Of a stretch of DNA of 64,000 nucleotides, positions 62,839 to 64,000 are shown piece by piece (position 1 is the stretch's first letter; each line of letters starts with the position of its first letter). The stretch is from Obrimoposthia wandeli (Eukaryota): positions 62,001-126,000 of the forward strand of contig CDROCS010000295.1 of assembly GCA_977020255.1 (NCBI GenBank), in the 5' to 3' direction. Under the pieces are notes generated by a model that saw only the letters and a program-made list of their open reading frames with translations, had not been told where the DNA came from and did not search any database. The position numbers and the translations under genes are program-made.

Positions 62839-63186
62839 CTATCCACTAGGTCCGATCTTGTAACCTTGTATCTTCATATTGATATTCCATTGTAATCCAG
62901 TTTGGCATTCAATTAATATTGATCCATCTATATTTCTGAAAATGGCTTCATCTTCTTTGATAATGAATTTGGGTTCTTGTAGACAATACTCACAATTAAT
63001 TTTTGTAAGTATTTTATTTATTCTTTCAACATCAGCTTTAATAATATTGGAAATTAGGTAGTTGAATTTCTGTTTTTCCACCGATACTGGATATATGAAA
63101 TTATAATGGATGGGGTTCTTGAGAAAATGCATCTCGTAACCATGAAAAGTATGAACACGTTGATACAAATCGGTTATGGCTTGCAT
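62839..63186 (-). CDS. Hypothetical protein just inside the Polinton left end
   Basis: ATG-initiated 115-aa ORF with a CEYC motif; no recognised family. Confidence 0.4.
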   Translation of the reverse strand: MQAITDLYQRVHTFHGYEMHFLKNPIHYNFIYPVSVEKQKFNYLISNIIKADVERINKILTKINCEYCLQEPKFIIKEDEAIFRNIDGSILIECQTGLQWNINMKIQGYKIGPSG

Positions 63187-63388
63187 TTTTATGAAAATTT
63201 ATGAAATTTCTCATCGTTTATATATAAAATCGATGTAGATATTAACCAATGAGAGTTAAATGGTGTGTTTATAGAACATTATTAATTATTCAAAACAAAT
63301 TATCTATAGAATATTCTAGTTAAATAATTATATTAAATTAGTTTTAACGCATCAATGAATTAATTATCGAAAAAAAGTGTTTGTTTAA

Positions 63389-63616
63389 TTGATTTTATCA
63401 GTAAATAATAAATTCAAATTTAATATGGAAGAAGAAACAATTCAAAGGAACCGCAACAGAATTCTGGATCTCGAAGACTTATCCTTTGAAGAGAAGGTCC
63501 AGAAGCTTCAACCGTTTATGGTCAGAGAAGCTCTGGAGGTAGAGGACATACCTGGGTTTGTGAGATTTAACCCAGGACATGTCCCTACATTTAATCTTGC
63601 TCCTCAGTGGACTTGA
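63389..63616 (+). CDS. Hypothetical protein, divergent from 62839-63186
   Basis: MEEETIQRNRNRILDLEDLSFEEKVQKLQPFMV...; higher GC than the flanks. Confidence 0.35.
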   Translation: MILSVNNKFKFNMEEETIQRNRNRILDLEDLSFEEKVQKLQPFMVREALEVEDIPGFVRFNPGHVPTFNLAPQWT

Positions 63617-64000
63617 TTGGTTACATCGTGACTTTTGAGAATGAACAACCGGCCCTCTTCAGGGCCTATAAACTTTGATTGTGTCTTGTTTATTTTTATT
63701 GCCTACGTTTCTTTTTAAAATACTTAACATTTGTAGGTATAAAGTCTAAAGTAAACATAAAGTCTATTCATTTTATAAATATTTAGTTTTAATTTAACCT
63801 ATTTTACTTAATATTTATCATAATAATGAAGATCTAAACTATATAAGTTTTAATTAATAGTCTAAAAAAAATGAAGACATTTTTAGCACATATTTTGCAA
63901 ATAGTTGTAAAAAGTTTAAATATATTTTTTCAAATTATAAGCTGTTTATAAATATTTTTAAATGTTTCTGCATAATATCAAATTGGTTAACATGATTTAA

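Overview
AT-rich eukaryotic (probably invertebrate) genomic DNA, dominated by nested transposable elements. (1) A large, decayed Ty3/gypsy-type LTR element on the + strand (about 47.2-61.9 kb). It has a ~2 kb LTR, an elongator tRNA-Met-like PBS, a long Gag polyprotein containing a ubiquitin/SUMO-like domain, a chuvirus-like class III fusion glycoprotein fragment, an IAP-type RING directly upstream of the protease, RT/RNase H split by a Mutator insertion, and a further RING. A 459-N assembly gap lies inside it. (2) A minus-strand cassette (20.6-27.4 kb) ending in a related LTR, encoding a tandem dual-specificity phosphatase, membrane proteins and three RING-H2 proteins. (3) A 9.1 kb decayed Polinton/Maverick (29216-38347, 6-bp TSD gataag), plus two orphan Polinton ends and a 175-bp TIR-only Polinton derivative with its own 6-bp TSD. 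(4) Many hAT, pogo/Tigger, mariner and MULE remnants, and a few candidate host exons. The most interesting signal is an apparent family of giant, probably enveloped LTR retroelements carrying ubiquitin- and phospho-signalling genes. All calls are by-eye motif recognition; no database searches were run.
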